From Phyllosticta citribraziliensis (lineage: Eukaryota): a stretch of DNA of 20,000 bases. A program made the translations under genes and the position numbers. This document shows positions 1 through 10,727 of this stretch, in pieces. The notes under the pieces are model-generated. The model worked only from the letters and a program-made list of their open reading frames with translations. It did not search any database and was not told where the DNA came from. Position 1 is the first letter of the stretch, and each line of letters opens with the position of its first letter. The stretch covers positions 2,154,830-2,174,829 of the forward strand of contig NW_027117344.1 of the NCBI RefSeq assembly GCF_038025025.1, read 5' to 3'.

Positions 1-265
1 GGTGTTTTCGTGATGATGGGTCTGTGGTGTTGTCGGTGGTGGGTCAGCCAGGGGCTAAATTTAGCGCGTCGGCGACGATCAGTCAGGGCAGGGCACCCCC
101 GCGCAGGGGTGTCCTCTTCTGGCCTCCCCGCCAAAAACATCCTCCGACCTCTTCTTCTCTTCTCCCACCTCCTCCAACTCTGTTCCTGTATACAGCCCTT
201 TGTCCCTGTTACACTCTATCCCTCCTCTGCCTCCTCCTTCACGCCCGCTTTTGACTTTGCATTCG

Positions 266-370
266 GTACACATCTGTCCCGTACTTGCCTGCCTCCTTGC
301 TCCCAACCTAAATCCCCCGCCTCTCCACCACCTCGACTGTGCCTCCTTTTCTGGAGCGCCTGATCACCAG
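266..370 (+). other. Possible intron in the GNA1 5' UTR
   Basis: Donor-like GTACAC (266; alternative GTACTT at 281), pyrimidine-rich body, CCTGAT branch-like site at 359-364 and CCAG ending at 370, within a CT-rich leader. The donor is weak. Confidence 0.35.
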
Positions 371-454
371 CATCGACTCTTTCGACCGTGTTCGCTATCC
401 GACCAGACGACCTCAGCTCCATCCCCACCGCCTGCGACCAATTGACCTCCCAAA

Positions 455-1079
455 ATGTCGATCCTCTCCGACCCCAACGCCCCCCTCTTCAGCACCGAGC
501 TCATCTCGCCGACCGTTCTCTCCGCCCTGCCGCAGGGCTACACATGCCGACCGATTCGGCGCAGCGACTACCACGCGGGCTTCCTCGACGTGCTGCGCGT
601 GCTGACGACGGTCGGCGATGTGAGCGAGGCGCAATGGAACGAGCGCTACGACTGGATGAGCCGCCGCAACGACGAATACTTCCTCATCTGCATCATCGAC
701 GACAGCGGGCGCATCGTGGGCACGGGCGCTTTGGTCGTCGAGCGCAAATTCATCCACGGCCTGGGCCTCGTCGGACACATTGAGGACATTGCCGTCGCCA
801 AGGACCAGCAGGGCAAGAAGCTGGGCCTGCGCGTCATCCAGGCGTTGGACTTTGTCGCCGAAAAGGTGGGCTGCTACAAGGTGAGTTTGTGCTCTCCCCT
901 TCTGTGCGCGTTTTACCGTATGATCGCGGCGCTCACTGGCGGATTCGATCGGTGCTCATATCGTCGACCCCCAGACCATTCTCGACTGCTCCGAGGCCAA
1001 CGAGGGGTTTTACGTCAAGTGCGGCTTCAAGCGCGCCGGCCTCGAGATGGCGCACTACTACGACACGCCCAAGGCTTAA
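455..1079 (+). CDS. GNA1: Glucosamine-6-phosphate N-acetyltransferase (GNAT family), 176 aa; exons 455-880 and 975-1079
   Basis: CAAA-ATG start. Protein motifs GFLDVLRVLTTVG, ERKFIHGLG.VGHIEDIAV...QQGKKLG, GCYK. Intron 881-974 (GTGAGT...GCTCAT...CCAG, phase 0) restores the family C-terminus TILDCSEANEGFYVKCGFKRAGLEMAHYY; stop TAA at 1077-1079. Confidence 0.96.
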
Positions 1080-1576
1080 AAGACATCTTCCTGGATATAC
1101 TGTTGTCGGATTATATTCCGTCAAGACTCAATTGCGTGCATGGGATTGGGAACGATGAACGATTAGCGAGGCTACCTCTGGCCGCGGATTCCATAGAGAG
1201 AAGCGATTCACGACGGGCGTTGGGAGAATGTCAAGACCTATCTAAACGAGATTTAAATCTTGTGCGTGTCAGCCACATGCCCTTGTTCTGGTTGCGCTTG
1301 ACGTGCTGCAGGGCACAAATGTCGCACGCGTTGATAAGGACTGGTCACACGCGTGGCATCCACGCGCTCTATCTAATCTCTGAACCTCTGTTTAAAAGGA
1401 CAACCTACTCACGGAACCACTGTCGATTGATCTGAAATTCAGCACTGACATTCGAGAACACTTTCGCGCAGCAACAGCTGCAAATCAATCCGGCGACGAC
1501 ACCTCCTGCGACCAGACAGCAGAGCATTACAGTGGACCACCATGGCCGAAGAGCCGTGAAGCAGATCCTCTCCTGT

Positions 1577-1595
1577 GGGGGGGGGGGGGGGGGGG
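1577..1595 (+). repeat. G19 homopolymer
   Basis: 19 consecutive G read directly. Confidence 0.95.
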
Positions 1596-3649
1596 ACTAG
1601 GGGATGAATCGAGCCCCTCTATGCTGCCTGTCAATGCCACTCCAGAACGAGATCGGAAGAAGGTCTAGCACATCCTATCATAAAGGCCTTCAGAACGACA
1701 CGACCACAAGGAGCGCTATCCCGTTGGACACCCAATGTGCATATATTTGAATACTACAACTCTACCAGCCGCGAACGCAGACATGGAGAAAGATCCCAAA
1801 GTTCGAGACTACAGAGGAACAACTCCACAGCCGGCCGCGGCCTTTCTCAACGCAAATACTCCACAGAGACAACGGGAGAATCGGCATTGGCATCTCTCAA
1901 TCCTTGGTTTAGAGCCTTGAAAACTCACAGAGAAGACGCGTGCATCGATCGTCGGCAAACTCGCTCTACATCATCATCCAAAGAAGTCGCGGAAGAATCC
2001 GTCTCACCCTTCAACATGCGCATGCTCCTCCTGCCTCTCGGTGTTTCTGATCAGACCACGGGGTGAACAGGCTCTACAGCTCTGCAGCCCAGCAAAAGAA
2101 AAGAGACAGCAGGTAGGGAGCGGAACGGTTCGGCAGTGACCAGGAACAATGCTGAAGCGAACCTGGTTGCTGACCGCAGGAACGATCGATGCCGCCAAGC
2201 CATGGCATCGTCTTGCTGCGGCACTGCGCCGACGCGTTGGCGAAGGCTTGCTTCCAAAATTCTTCCTTCCATGTCGTAGCTAATAGCTTGTACAGCAAGC
2301 CGAGGCTGATTAACGCGCCATCACTTTCCGTCGTCCGTGTGGAGCCACTTACCAAGAACGCATGAGACGGAAAGACCATCATCCTCGCCCTGTTCTCCTG
2401 TTGCTGTTGGGCAGCTTGGACCAGGACGCCTTGACGTCTACACCTGAATGTTGCAGCGGCACGGCAAAAGACAATGCGTTCCAGCAGGCATATGAGCATG
2501 CAGGACAAGAAAGCGTCGAAGACGGCTCATAGCACGTTCAGCTTCTTGGGCGTTCTATTTGGGTGATGGAATCCTCCAACCCTTGAAGGTAAGACTAAAT
2601 CTCTCCACATGGCAGCGCACTAGAGCATGTCATCTGCGTGCCTTGCGTAGGATGTTTCTCAGCCGAGGAAAAGCAAAGTATCTCGTCTATTTACTCCTCT
2701 TCGAACCAGTCTGCCGAACGATGCCGACAATGCGTGGAAAGCTCTCTCGTCTCGCGTGGATCAGAACCACTCATTCGCACCGCCAGTGACACGAGAGAAG
2801 AGGCTGTAGCCCTACAGTTTCTCCAGCTGAAAGCAAACACTGGCCATTTTAGTTCATTCACCCCATCTCAGCCTTGGAAATGCTCGACATGGCGGCACCT
2901 TCCGATTTCGTCTCTGGAGCTACCAGCAATCCAACAGCAGCCGCCTTGGGTGTTTTTCAGCGTTCCTGCTAGTCAGGTCGGCCCCAGCCGCTGTTTCTGG
3001 GGCCCATGACTTTTTGTCCATGACTTTTGGGCCCATTGCCGTGGAAGCCAACCAGCCACGCAGAGCTCCGCCATTGCGGGCGGAGCGTTCTTGCCCTGCA
3101 ACGCAGACTTAGGTGGTTGTTGATCATCGTGATGAAAATAGTGACGGCGCAGAAGCAGAAGACGCGCGGCTTGGATCGCTTCCTCTTCGTCGTTCAGCCC
3201 TTCGCGTCACGGCGCGGCGCTCGCTCCGATCACGCACCAAAGTCAGCGGCAAACAAGGCTGATGCAGAGCATGCATGTCGCCTTACCTGTTCATCTGCCG
3301 ACATGCAAGCAGCAGCAGCAGCCGTAGCGTCGGCAGCGGCGGCGGCGACAGCGGTAAAGTAAGGCAGGTTACCAGGGGTGGAAGGGTCAGGACAAAAGCC
3401 AGAAGCCGAACCAAAAAGAAAAAAGTGCAGAACGTCGACAAAGCCAAGGCCCGCGCCCAAGAACAGCTCCGCTTTCCCGTTCCGGCCAGGCCATGTGGCA
3501 TGGGGCGGCGCAAGGCTTGTCCAGGACGGGCTGTGCAGGGGCGCGTGTGGCAGGCATGGCTGTCGTTCCCGCCTCCGCGTTGGGGAAGAAGGCGGTGGTT
3601 GCTTACGCCGCTTTTTGCGTGCTGGCTCGCTAGGCGCCTGCAAACTGGC

Positions 3650-3669
3650 GGGAGGGAGGGAGGGAGGGA
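3650..3669 (+). repeat. (GGGA)5 microsatellite, fits the G-quadruplex pattern
   Basis: GGGAGGGAGGGAGGGAGGGA: five G3 tracts with 1-nt loops. Confidence 0.9.
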
Positions 3670-4056
3670 AGGATTCGGTCCGAGATGAACATGATTGTCT
3701 TTTTCTGAGCTTACTTGGACGTGTTTTGTTTCGAGTGAGTGTCTGTGGTCACTTCTCGAATGCTGCCTTTGAAAAGGAAAGACGAATTTCATTTTGTTCA
3801 TATATCGTAAGAAGAGTATCCACACCCTCGTTCCCTCTCAAAGTGTGAAGGAATGCCCTCTCGTAGTGTTTGTTGGTTTGTCCAAATTGACAAATTGACA
3901 TGCCGCTAGGCCGTGTGCATTAAGGATAGACAGTTACCACTTCCTCCAACCAAAGCTCAAAATCAGAAGATGAACCCCCCCATTCCCCGTATGACAAAGT
4001 GCTCCGCGAAGATTCCATTTGGCAGATCGATCTTGTCGAGGCGGGCGGCGGCGTGC

Positions 4057-4422
4057 TTAGTAGTCCTTGCACTTGTCGTCGTATTTGCTCTTGTACTCGT
4101 TGTACTTCTTGTAGTAGTCGTCGCACTTCTTGTAGTCATACTCGTGCTGGTTCTTGCACTCCTTATCGATCTTCTTCTTGTAGTCCTCGTACTTGTCCTT
4201 GTAGTCGTCGCAATCCTTCTTGTCCTCCCTCTTGTACTTGTCGTCGTCGTACTTCTTCTCGTCGTACTTCTTGTCGTCGTACTTCTTCTCGTCGTAGTAG
4301 TCATTGCCAGCGTCACGCACTTGGATCTTTTGACCAACGGCGTTTTCAGCGGCGACGGGACTGGCCACAGCCGATGTGAGGAAGAGGGCCAGGACAGAAG
4401 TGACTGCGATGAGGGAACGCAT
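4057..4422 (-). CDS. Small secreted Asp/Lys/Tyr-rich repeat protein, 121 aa, intronless, function unknown
   Basis: CAATCACC-ATG context at 4422. Signal peptide MRSLIAVTSVLALFLTSAVA/SP, pro-segment ending IQVR, then YD[DE]KK repeats and two Cx17C units. Codons strongly C/G-ending (GAC, AAG, TAC). TATAAA 130 nt upstream. Confidence 0.9.
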   Translation of the reverse strand: MRSLIAVTSVLALFLTSAVASPVAAENAVGQKIQVRDAGNDYYDEKKYDDKKYDEKKYDDDKYKREDKKDCDDYKDKYEDYKKKIDKECKNQHEYDYKKCDDYYKKYNEYKSKYDDKCKDY

Positions 4423-4551
4423 GGTGATTGATTTTGATTGATATGAGGGAAGATGGTTCAGTAGTTGGATGATTGGTGTGAAAGATGATTGAGAGGGTAG
4501 ACGATTGAATTGGCACTGCTGGCTTATTGTCTTCAGCGGTTTCTGGAAATA

Positions 4552-4557
4552 TTTATA
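4552..4557 (-). promoter_or_regulatory. TATA box of the D/K/Y-rich secreted protein gene
   Basis: GGTATAAATA on the minus strand, 130 nt upstream of the ATG and followed by a C/A/T-rich leader. Confidence 0.6.
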
Positions 4558-6999
4558 CCTTTCAAAATGATCTTGCCAAGTCAGTCCGCTCCGTCCGTCT
4601 CCACAGATCTTTGGCTCAGCAATGATCCTGTCCAGGAATCTTCTTGTCTGTCTAGTCAGTCCTCCCGCTTCCGTGCGCCTCTGGCTGTGCACTTGCGCCG
4701 CCCAGAAACATGGACGGCGGCCTCAGGGCGAAGCGAATAACCTCACCTGAAAGACTCTGACTCCGTTCTCCCGTCCCTACATCCACAAGCCCCCGCCTCC
4801 TCCATTACTCGGCCAAAATACGAGGCTGCTTACCAGCTGTTTGCAGATGCACATGGACTGTGAGCCAATCTAGAATGGGAAGTTGGAACAGAAGTCTGAC
4901 ATCGAAGACAGAACTGCCGTAGGCCATTTCCTTGCCAACGGCTGTTCAAACCATGTAGGAATTCCGTTTCAGCTTGAAAATGTGTTCAGCTATTGTTAGC
5001 CAGAGATTTGGACTAAGGAATTGATGACGTTAATTCATTGGGTGACGTTGACCGCGCCACAAACACTGCGCTCAGAAAACACCGCCGGCCTTAGCAAACA
5101 CGATACTTTCGGCCTTTCTCCATGACAAAGTGCTTACACGCGGAATCGGCTTTGTTGGCAACGCGCGCGCATGGCTGTGCAGGAAAATCGCAAATCTAAG
5201 GCAGACAGATGGGCATTCCAAGAAAGACATCCTCACGTACCATGTACCTTTACGGGGGTCAAGCGAGCGGACGTCTTGCCCGTAAGCATAACCCGCCTTC
5301 GGCCTTGGCAACCAAAAGCAAAGAGGCTTTTGGGTAGATCTGCAGACAAACACAGTGTGGCCGTCGGCCGCCGCGCAGCGCGCATGCTAAGCTTAGAAGG
5401 TTCTGCCGGTAACTCTCTTCCCTAGAGATATGCATAAGCTGAAACGTTTTTCAAATTTCTAGAACAAGCGCGATGGAAACGTCATCCAAAAGGCTTGCTG
5501 AGGTCGGGTTTGCCGCCTGAACCGAACCTTATGCCAAAGGCAGGCATTTGGCTGAGAAACGGTTGGACGCGAGCTTCTGATTCTGCGGCGCAGCTCGTTC
5601 AGCAAGTCAGCCTTGGAGCCAAGGAAACAAGGGCCCTTTCAGTGACGCGTTGGCGCTCTATTTTGCGGCTGCAGTGAGGCCGCTCAAGAGAATTCGCTCA
5701 CCAAATCCGACACATTTTGCAGGCAGCTCTCCACGGACGAATTTGTCTCCGGAAAAGCGAGGCAGACAAGTCCGGAAGCTGAGGGCTTGGAAGACTGACT
5801 CGCGAGAGATGGCTAGCACACTGACTGCTCTCGCCAACCCAATGCATCCTCCACATTACTTGAATCTGGTGGAATAGCGCGGATCGGCTGTGGAAGACTC
5901 GGTCACTGTTGCAAACTCTCTTTGGAGAAGAAATGAAGAAAAGAGAATGCGATTACAACCCACCCGAGGGAACGTCCCAACGCGAATGTTGGCCCGAAAA
6001 GTCAAAGCAGCGGACCAGCGTCTTTCGTTTGGTATACGAGCAAGCCCGACGTGTTCAAGTCTTGCGCGTCATTCCTTGGTCGGAACTCAGAGCCATGCAG
6101 AAGAGTCTTGTTGTCTGAAGATTGGACGAGATGTAGTAGGGATAAAGATGTTAGAAGTGCACCGTGCGGGAGCGCCCCCGCCTTCCCGTTACGGTTAGAG
6201 CTTACGTGGACATGCGCCTTCTCGCCCTCCCACGTGATTTGTCAAAACCCTGGGAGCAGCGCTGGTCTACGTTCTGTCGAGGGCGTACATCATTTTTTGA
6301 GAGCTCAATTGTCTCTTCTCACTTGCATATTGCAAGATCGGTAGGAATAGAAAGTAAGAGCCAAGCCCGTGTTCTTACAAAGAGCTTCAATTACTCAAAT
6401 CCACCATTCCGGGTGCTTCTTTTCCGCACAGCATGCAGAGAGAACTGCTAGACTCCGACACACATATGTAACCTCTGCTGTGCGGATCCTCCTATCGCGG
6501 CAAAAACGAGGCGCTTTTGACAATTGGCGGAAAGTGTGAAACTTTGTCTGGTATTTGAGAACTGCTCGTCTCTTGGTTTGAATGGGTGAAGTCTGAGGGA
6601 AGAGGCTCCTGAGCTGAAGTCTGCAAGGTACTTCGCATCCGAAATTTAACTCCGGAGTGTATACACAATCGAAATTCGGGTGTTGCAGGATCAGTTGGAT
6701 GATTGGGGTCCGCCAGTCTTGAGGGCGCTTTCAAAGATTGGGAGTGCTTTTGGTCCTCAAACTTGTAGGTGTATTCCGAATGACTTTTTGGCTCCGATTT
6801 CGCTTCACAAAATTGTCCCATGCAAAGCACATCCAGAAAATGGTAGAATCATGAGGCTCACCATCTAGGGAGCGGATTGGGATATTTTCTGTTGAAATCA
6901 TGACAGTTTGAAGAGACTCCGGGGGACTGACAAGATCACATATTCGACTAATGCAACAGATCCTCAAATTGAACATTTTTGCCATTAACCACGTGCAGT

Positions 7000-7879
7000 C
7001 TACCACCGCTGGCGGAACTTCTTGCGCGCTGCTTGCGCATCTGCTGCCTGCTGGCCAGCTTGTTGTCCAGCCTGTTGTCCATTCTGACCCTCTTGCGCCT
7101 GGGCCTGGGGCTGGCCCGCTGCTGGTGGTTGTTGCTCGGCCTGAGCAGGCTGCGCCGCTGGCTGGGCGGCTGGCTGTTGTCCGGCTTGCGGCTGCTGAGC
7201 CTGGGCGTTCCCTTGGCCGGCAGCATTTTGACATGCAGACAGGGCCTGAGTTGTCAGTGTGGGTGACGCTAATCGACGAGTCAAGAAAACTTACTGCCTG
7301 TTGGTTCTGCTGGTTCTGCGAAATTCCACCCGAAAAGGCCGTGAGCAGTTGGTCGATGACGGGAAGGTCTTTCTGCGGATCGCCCGTCAGACTTTGGGCC
7401 AGGGACATTTCCTGCATTTGCGCGTTTGCCACAGTCTGCAATCCCGAGGCGGCGGGGTTACTCTGACCAGCGATGCCCTGGTTCGTCTGGCGGATTGTAA
7501 TTCCAGAGCCGACGACGGTGATGAGATTGCTCTTGAGGCTGCTGAAAAGGTTCTGGTCTCCAACGTCGTTGCTCTTCAAGAAAGACTGAATTGCCGTCGT
7601 GCTGAGTTGTTCGTTCTGTTGTACCAAAATGTTGGAGCCGATTCCATTGAAGAGAGCAGGCGCGATTTTGCAGGCATCGCCAGGCGCCTGTCCTGCCGCT
7701 TGTGGAGCGGCTCCAGCTCCTGCTCCTGCTGCACCTGCACCAGCCCCAGCTCCAGCGGCCTGAGGGTTTGCACCAGCTGCAGTGGTGTTGTCGGCACGAA
7801 TAGAAGGGAAGTGTGGCCCATAAGCCAGGGAGAAAGGGACGAGGGCTAGAACAAATACCGAACCGATTTTCGAAGGCAT
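7000..7879 (-). CDS. Secreted protein, 276 aa: Ala/Gly-rich N-arm, Cys-flanked predicted helical core, Gln/Ala/Pro-rich tail; exons 7879-7295 and 7245-7000
   Basis: Signal peptide MPSKIGSVFVLALVPFSLA. A 49-nt phase-0 intron 7294-7246 (GTAAGT...ACTGAC...TCAG) joins ORF 6731..7879 to ORF 7000..7284, giving ...QNQQNQQA|ALSAC...RKKFRQRW*. Confidence 0.88.
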
Positions 7880-10435
7880 TGGGACGACTAGAAATTATTC
7901 GCGAATGTGGTTGCGGGTCTCCAGGACATGTACAAAAGCGACCGACACGCTCGCGAGAATTAAGATCAACTTAACCAGGCGTGGAAAGGAATGACGAGGC
8001 AGCGTGACTTCACGCTTTTGCGGGAAAGCGTTCAAACCAAGTTCGACCAAAATTTGAGCCACAACGGTGCTGGTGAGGAACATCTTGAATATAAAGCTGG
8101 CAAGACGGTGGAGCTTTCAAGCACAGCCCTGTCCAGAGCGGGCCATACCCAACGGAGTCTCGGTGGTTTTCGATTTTTTCGCCCTATCTGGGTTTCATCT
8201 GCGGCAGCAGACAGTGGTTTACAAATTCGTGTGGTGCGAGATTTTGGTGTCTCAGCTATGAGACGCTAAGCTGCGGTTCCTCGCCGGCCGACTCAATCAG
8301 ACCGCTTGAGACGGGTGTCAAGGGGCTTGCCATAATTCGCGAGTAGAATGCCTTTGAGTTGATCTGACCGATGCTGAGGCATTGTTGTAATGAGGAAGAT
8401 CAAGTGGCAAGGCCCACGAGCCGAACGTCTGCATGTGGCCTGCGGGGAGAAATTTCGGCGCTCTCGGATTGCTCGAAATCCAAGTTGGTGAGAAATGGAC
8501 CCTTGTTTGAAATAGTTTGAGGATTGACCACCAGGAGTGATCCGGCGTCGCGATAGGCGCATCCATCTTTATCCATGATCTGGCTTCGGGTTCGCTCCGA
8601 ACAAAGACGTACCAGTGGGCGCTGTCATTTGCCAGACGGTCGAGACTTTCGCATAGCCAAAGGCAGCCAGAATGCCAAGTCGCTGCTCGCCACTTCCATC
8701 GCGCAACTTTAGTCGGTTGATCCGCAAGAAGCTGCCAACAGCAGCGGGGATGAATGAGGCTGCTGTCGTTGAAGATGCAAATGACTGTCTTACATATATT
8801 GGCAGCATCAAAAGCCTTGATTCAATGTCAGAGGAAGAACTGCCAAGTTGTAGTCAAGGTCATAGTTTTCGGGATATAGCACTGCGTGGTCAGCAGCAAG
8901 CATTGTTCAGTCGGTCATCAGCCAAGCTGTCGAACCAGCCAAGCGCTGCATCGGTGGTTCTTATTTGCCCAAGTCCCACATCTTGCACTTGGTGATAGCT
9001 TCCTGGGCCCCGTGGCAGGTTGGCATTGAATCCCAGCTCAGCCCCGTGCAATGCGGAGCTCGTGGTGTGTGATGCAGGGGCAGGAACCAAAGCTTAGCCA
9101 CAGCTTTGGAGTCGACGGCTTATTTGACACGTGCGACCAGGCGCAGTGCAAAGCAGTCTGGCGTGCTCCACTACTGTTCCGGCTTTCGGCTGCGGGTTTA
9201 ACAGATAGCCGTTTCTGGAGCGTCGCGGACTTGATCGGATCCATAGCTTCCATATAGGCACAAAGCACCTACCGTAGGTTTCTAGCATGGGGAATCTGCG
9301 CCAATAGGCACTCGTTTTGAGCAACATTCAGAGCTGCACTGGTTCCTGACCAGACTTCGCAGGAAACAACCCGAGTCGCGGGAATACCGATATCGCGATG
9401 GCGTTCCCTACGCTCGAAAATGCGCGTTAAAAACCGGACTCCCGCGGCATGTCGTTGGAACTTGGGGTTGGACAAGGCCAGCGAGTACATAGCTACTTGG
9501 CTTGTGCCGTGTTGCTGAGCAGAAGGATCGGAGCGCAAAGTCTGATGCCTAAGGTCAGTCAGTCGAGGAAAGGAGGATTGTCCTGTGCTCAAATGGTAGA
9601 CCAATCCGCATCCGAAGTCTACGGATCACACCTGAACCATTTTGCGGCACATCGGGAGAGATGGTGGCTTATGCCTCAAAACACCGAGGCCGACATAGAC
9701 GTGTTGACTTTGGTTAGCAGAAGGTACAGGCGACGGACACCGCCGTTGTTGCCGCAAGGCCCAAGGCCTCGAACCGGTTCTCAACAAACGCTTGGAAACT
9801 GTCGCGGCATTCAAGTATCACAACCCTTGGATGAATCTCTGTTTTCAGTTTGGCGTATCCGACGTGTCTTAGGTAAAGCTTTGACTCGAGAGCCTGGCCG
9901 TTGAAAGCGTGATGCCATTGTTGATGCTATCCGTTACGGGCTTCTGGGTCAACGGTCCGCTCGGTTCCCACTACCTAGCTGATACCATGCGTGGTGCTCG
10001 TACTTACCGCATTATGGAAGCACCAGTCTTCTTCCAATTTCATCGAGTTTGTCATTCTTCCGGCTCCGGCACTTTGCAGGTCAAACTTCAATCTCCACAA
10101 CAAGATCGATTCTCTGTGCTTCTGTTCGATAGAGTCCTTGCGAAGAAATTTCCATCTCCCTCGGGTGTGTGATCTCCTCGAGAAGAAAGTTGAGATTTTG
10201 GAGTGACCAAGAATGTTGGCTTTCTGGCCGGACAGATACCTCAGACAAGCTCTGCTATGTTCGCAAGGACAACCATGAAGTCATCTGGCCGGCACGGCCA
10301 AGATAACCAGGCTGTCGTTAAACTTTGCCATTCGTTTTGTCATCATCGGTTCTGTTCAGCCTTCACCAAGCCCGGTCGGATCCAAAAGTCTTCGCGAATC
10401 TTGGCCGTCGTTTCGACATTCCTCCGTGTCATCGT

Positions 10436-10481
10436 CTAATAGCATCAGCCCAGGTTGATCAAGGGAGGTAGGGGAACTTAT
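10436..10481 (-). other. Terminal 46-nt intron-like element with non-canonical AUAAGU 5' splice site (spliceosomal 3'-end cleavage signal)
   Basis: ATAAGT (10481-10476), pyrimidine tract, branch GCTGAT (10449-10444), TTAG ending at 10436. Size is comparable to the 49-57 nt introns elsewhere in the window. Confidence 0.82.
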
Positions 10482-10488
10482 AAAAAAT
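10482..10488 (-). promoter_or_regulatory. Sm-binding site AUUUUUU at the TER 3' end
   Basis: AGAUUUUUU directly follows a GC-rich hairpin and abuts the AUAAGU site. Confidence 0.8.
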
Positions 10489-10662
10489 CTTGGGCCACCT
10501 CCCCGAGTTGCCTCGGAGAGGCGGCTAGGGCTCCTCGCCCTCCTCCCAGTCTTACCCAACCGCTCATCCCCTGAGTGGCATCCACCACCAAATGCCCCTC
10601 ACTCGCCCACGCATGCATTTCCACAAGATCGCAACCACAGCGTCGAAGCCGCACCCCGGAAT

Positions 10663-10727
10663 GTCAGCCAGCAAGCTCAAACCTAGTCCCGGCCCTTCCG
10701 CCAACCCATCCAAGGGTCCAGACTAAC
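10663..10727 (-). other. Candidate CR4/5 three-way junction (P5/P6/P6.1) of TER
   Basis: GUUAGUC (10727-10721) pairs with GGCUGAC (10669-10663) and encloses a UGG-CCCUU/AAGGG-CCG hairpin plus the short hairpin AGGUUUGAGCUU (10684-10673). Located ~180-245 nt from the predicted 3' end. Confidence 0.6.

Noticed and set aside
881..1435. 326-aa read-through ORF 455..1435
   Set aside because: It runs through the intron at 881-974; the spliced 176-aa form restores the conserved GNA1 C-terminus.
1735..3848. Short ORFs and scattered splice-like signals (e.g. 2074..2508 -, GCTAAT...TACAG at ~2279-2295)
   Set aside because: I could not assemble a coherent gene model or recognise any domain.
3004..3900. 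Short tandem duplications CCATGACTTTT x2 (3004-3028) and CAAATTGA x2 (3883-3898)
   Set aside because: Compatible with slippage or old excision footprints, but too short to support a call.
3913..4431. Extremely hydrophobic Val/Leu ORF on + and Thr/Arg-rich ORF 3963..4337 on -
   Set aside because: These are antisense and alternate-frame shadows of the GAC/AAG/TAC repeats of the D/K/Y gene.
4423..4692. 90-aa N-terminal extension of ORF 4057..4692
   Set aside because: It has a non-ATG start and spans the TATA box; the ATG at 4422 has good context and begins a signal peptide.
4057..7879. Dikaritin/ustiloxin-type RiPP cluster around the Tyr-rich repeat protein
   Set aside because: No DUF3328 (UstYa) oxidase, tyrosinase or transporter gene is visible in the window, and repeats are mostly KK- rather than KR-delimited. 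Kept only as one hypothesis for the protein.
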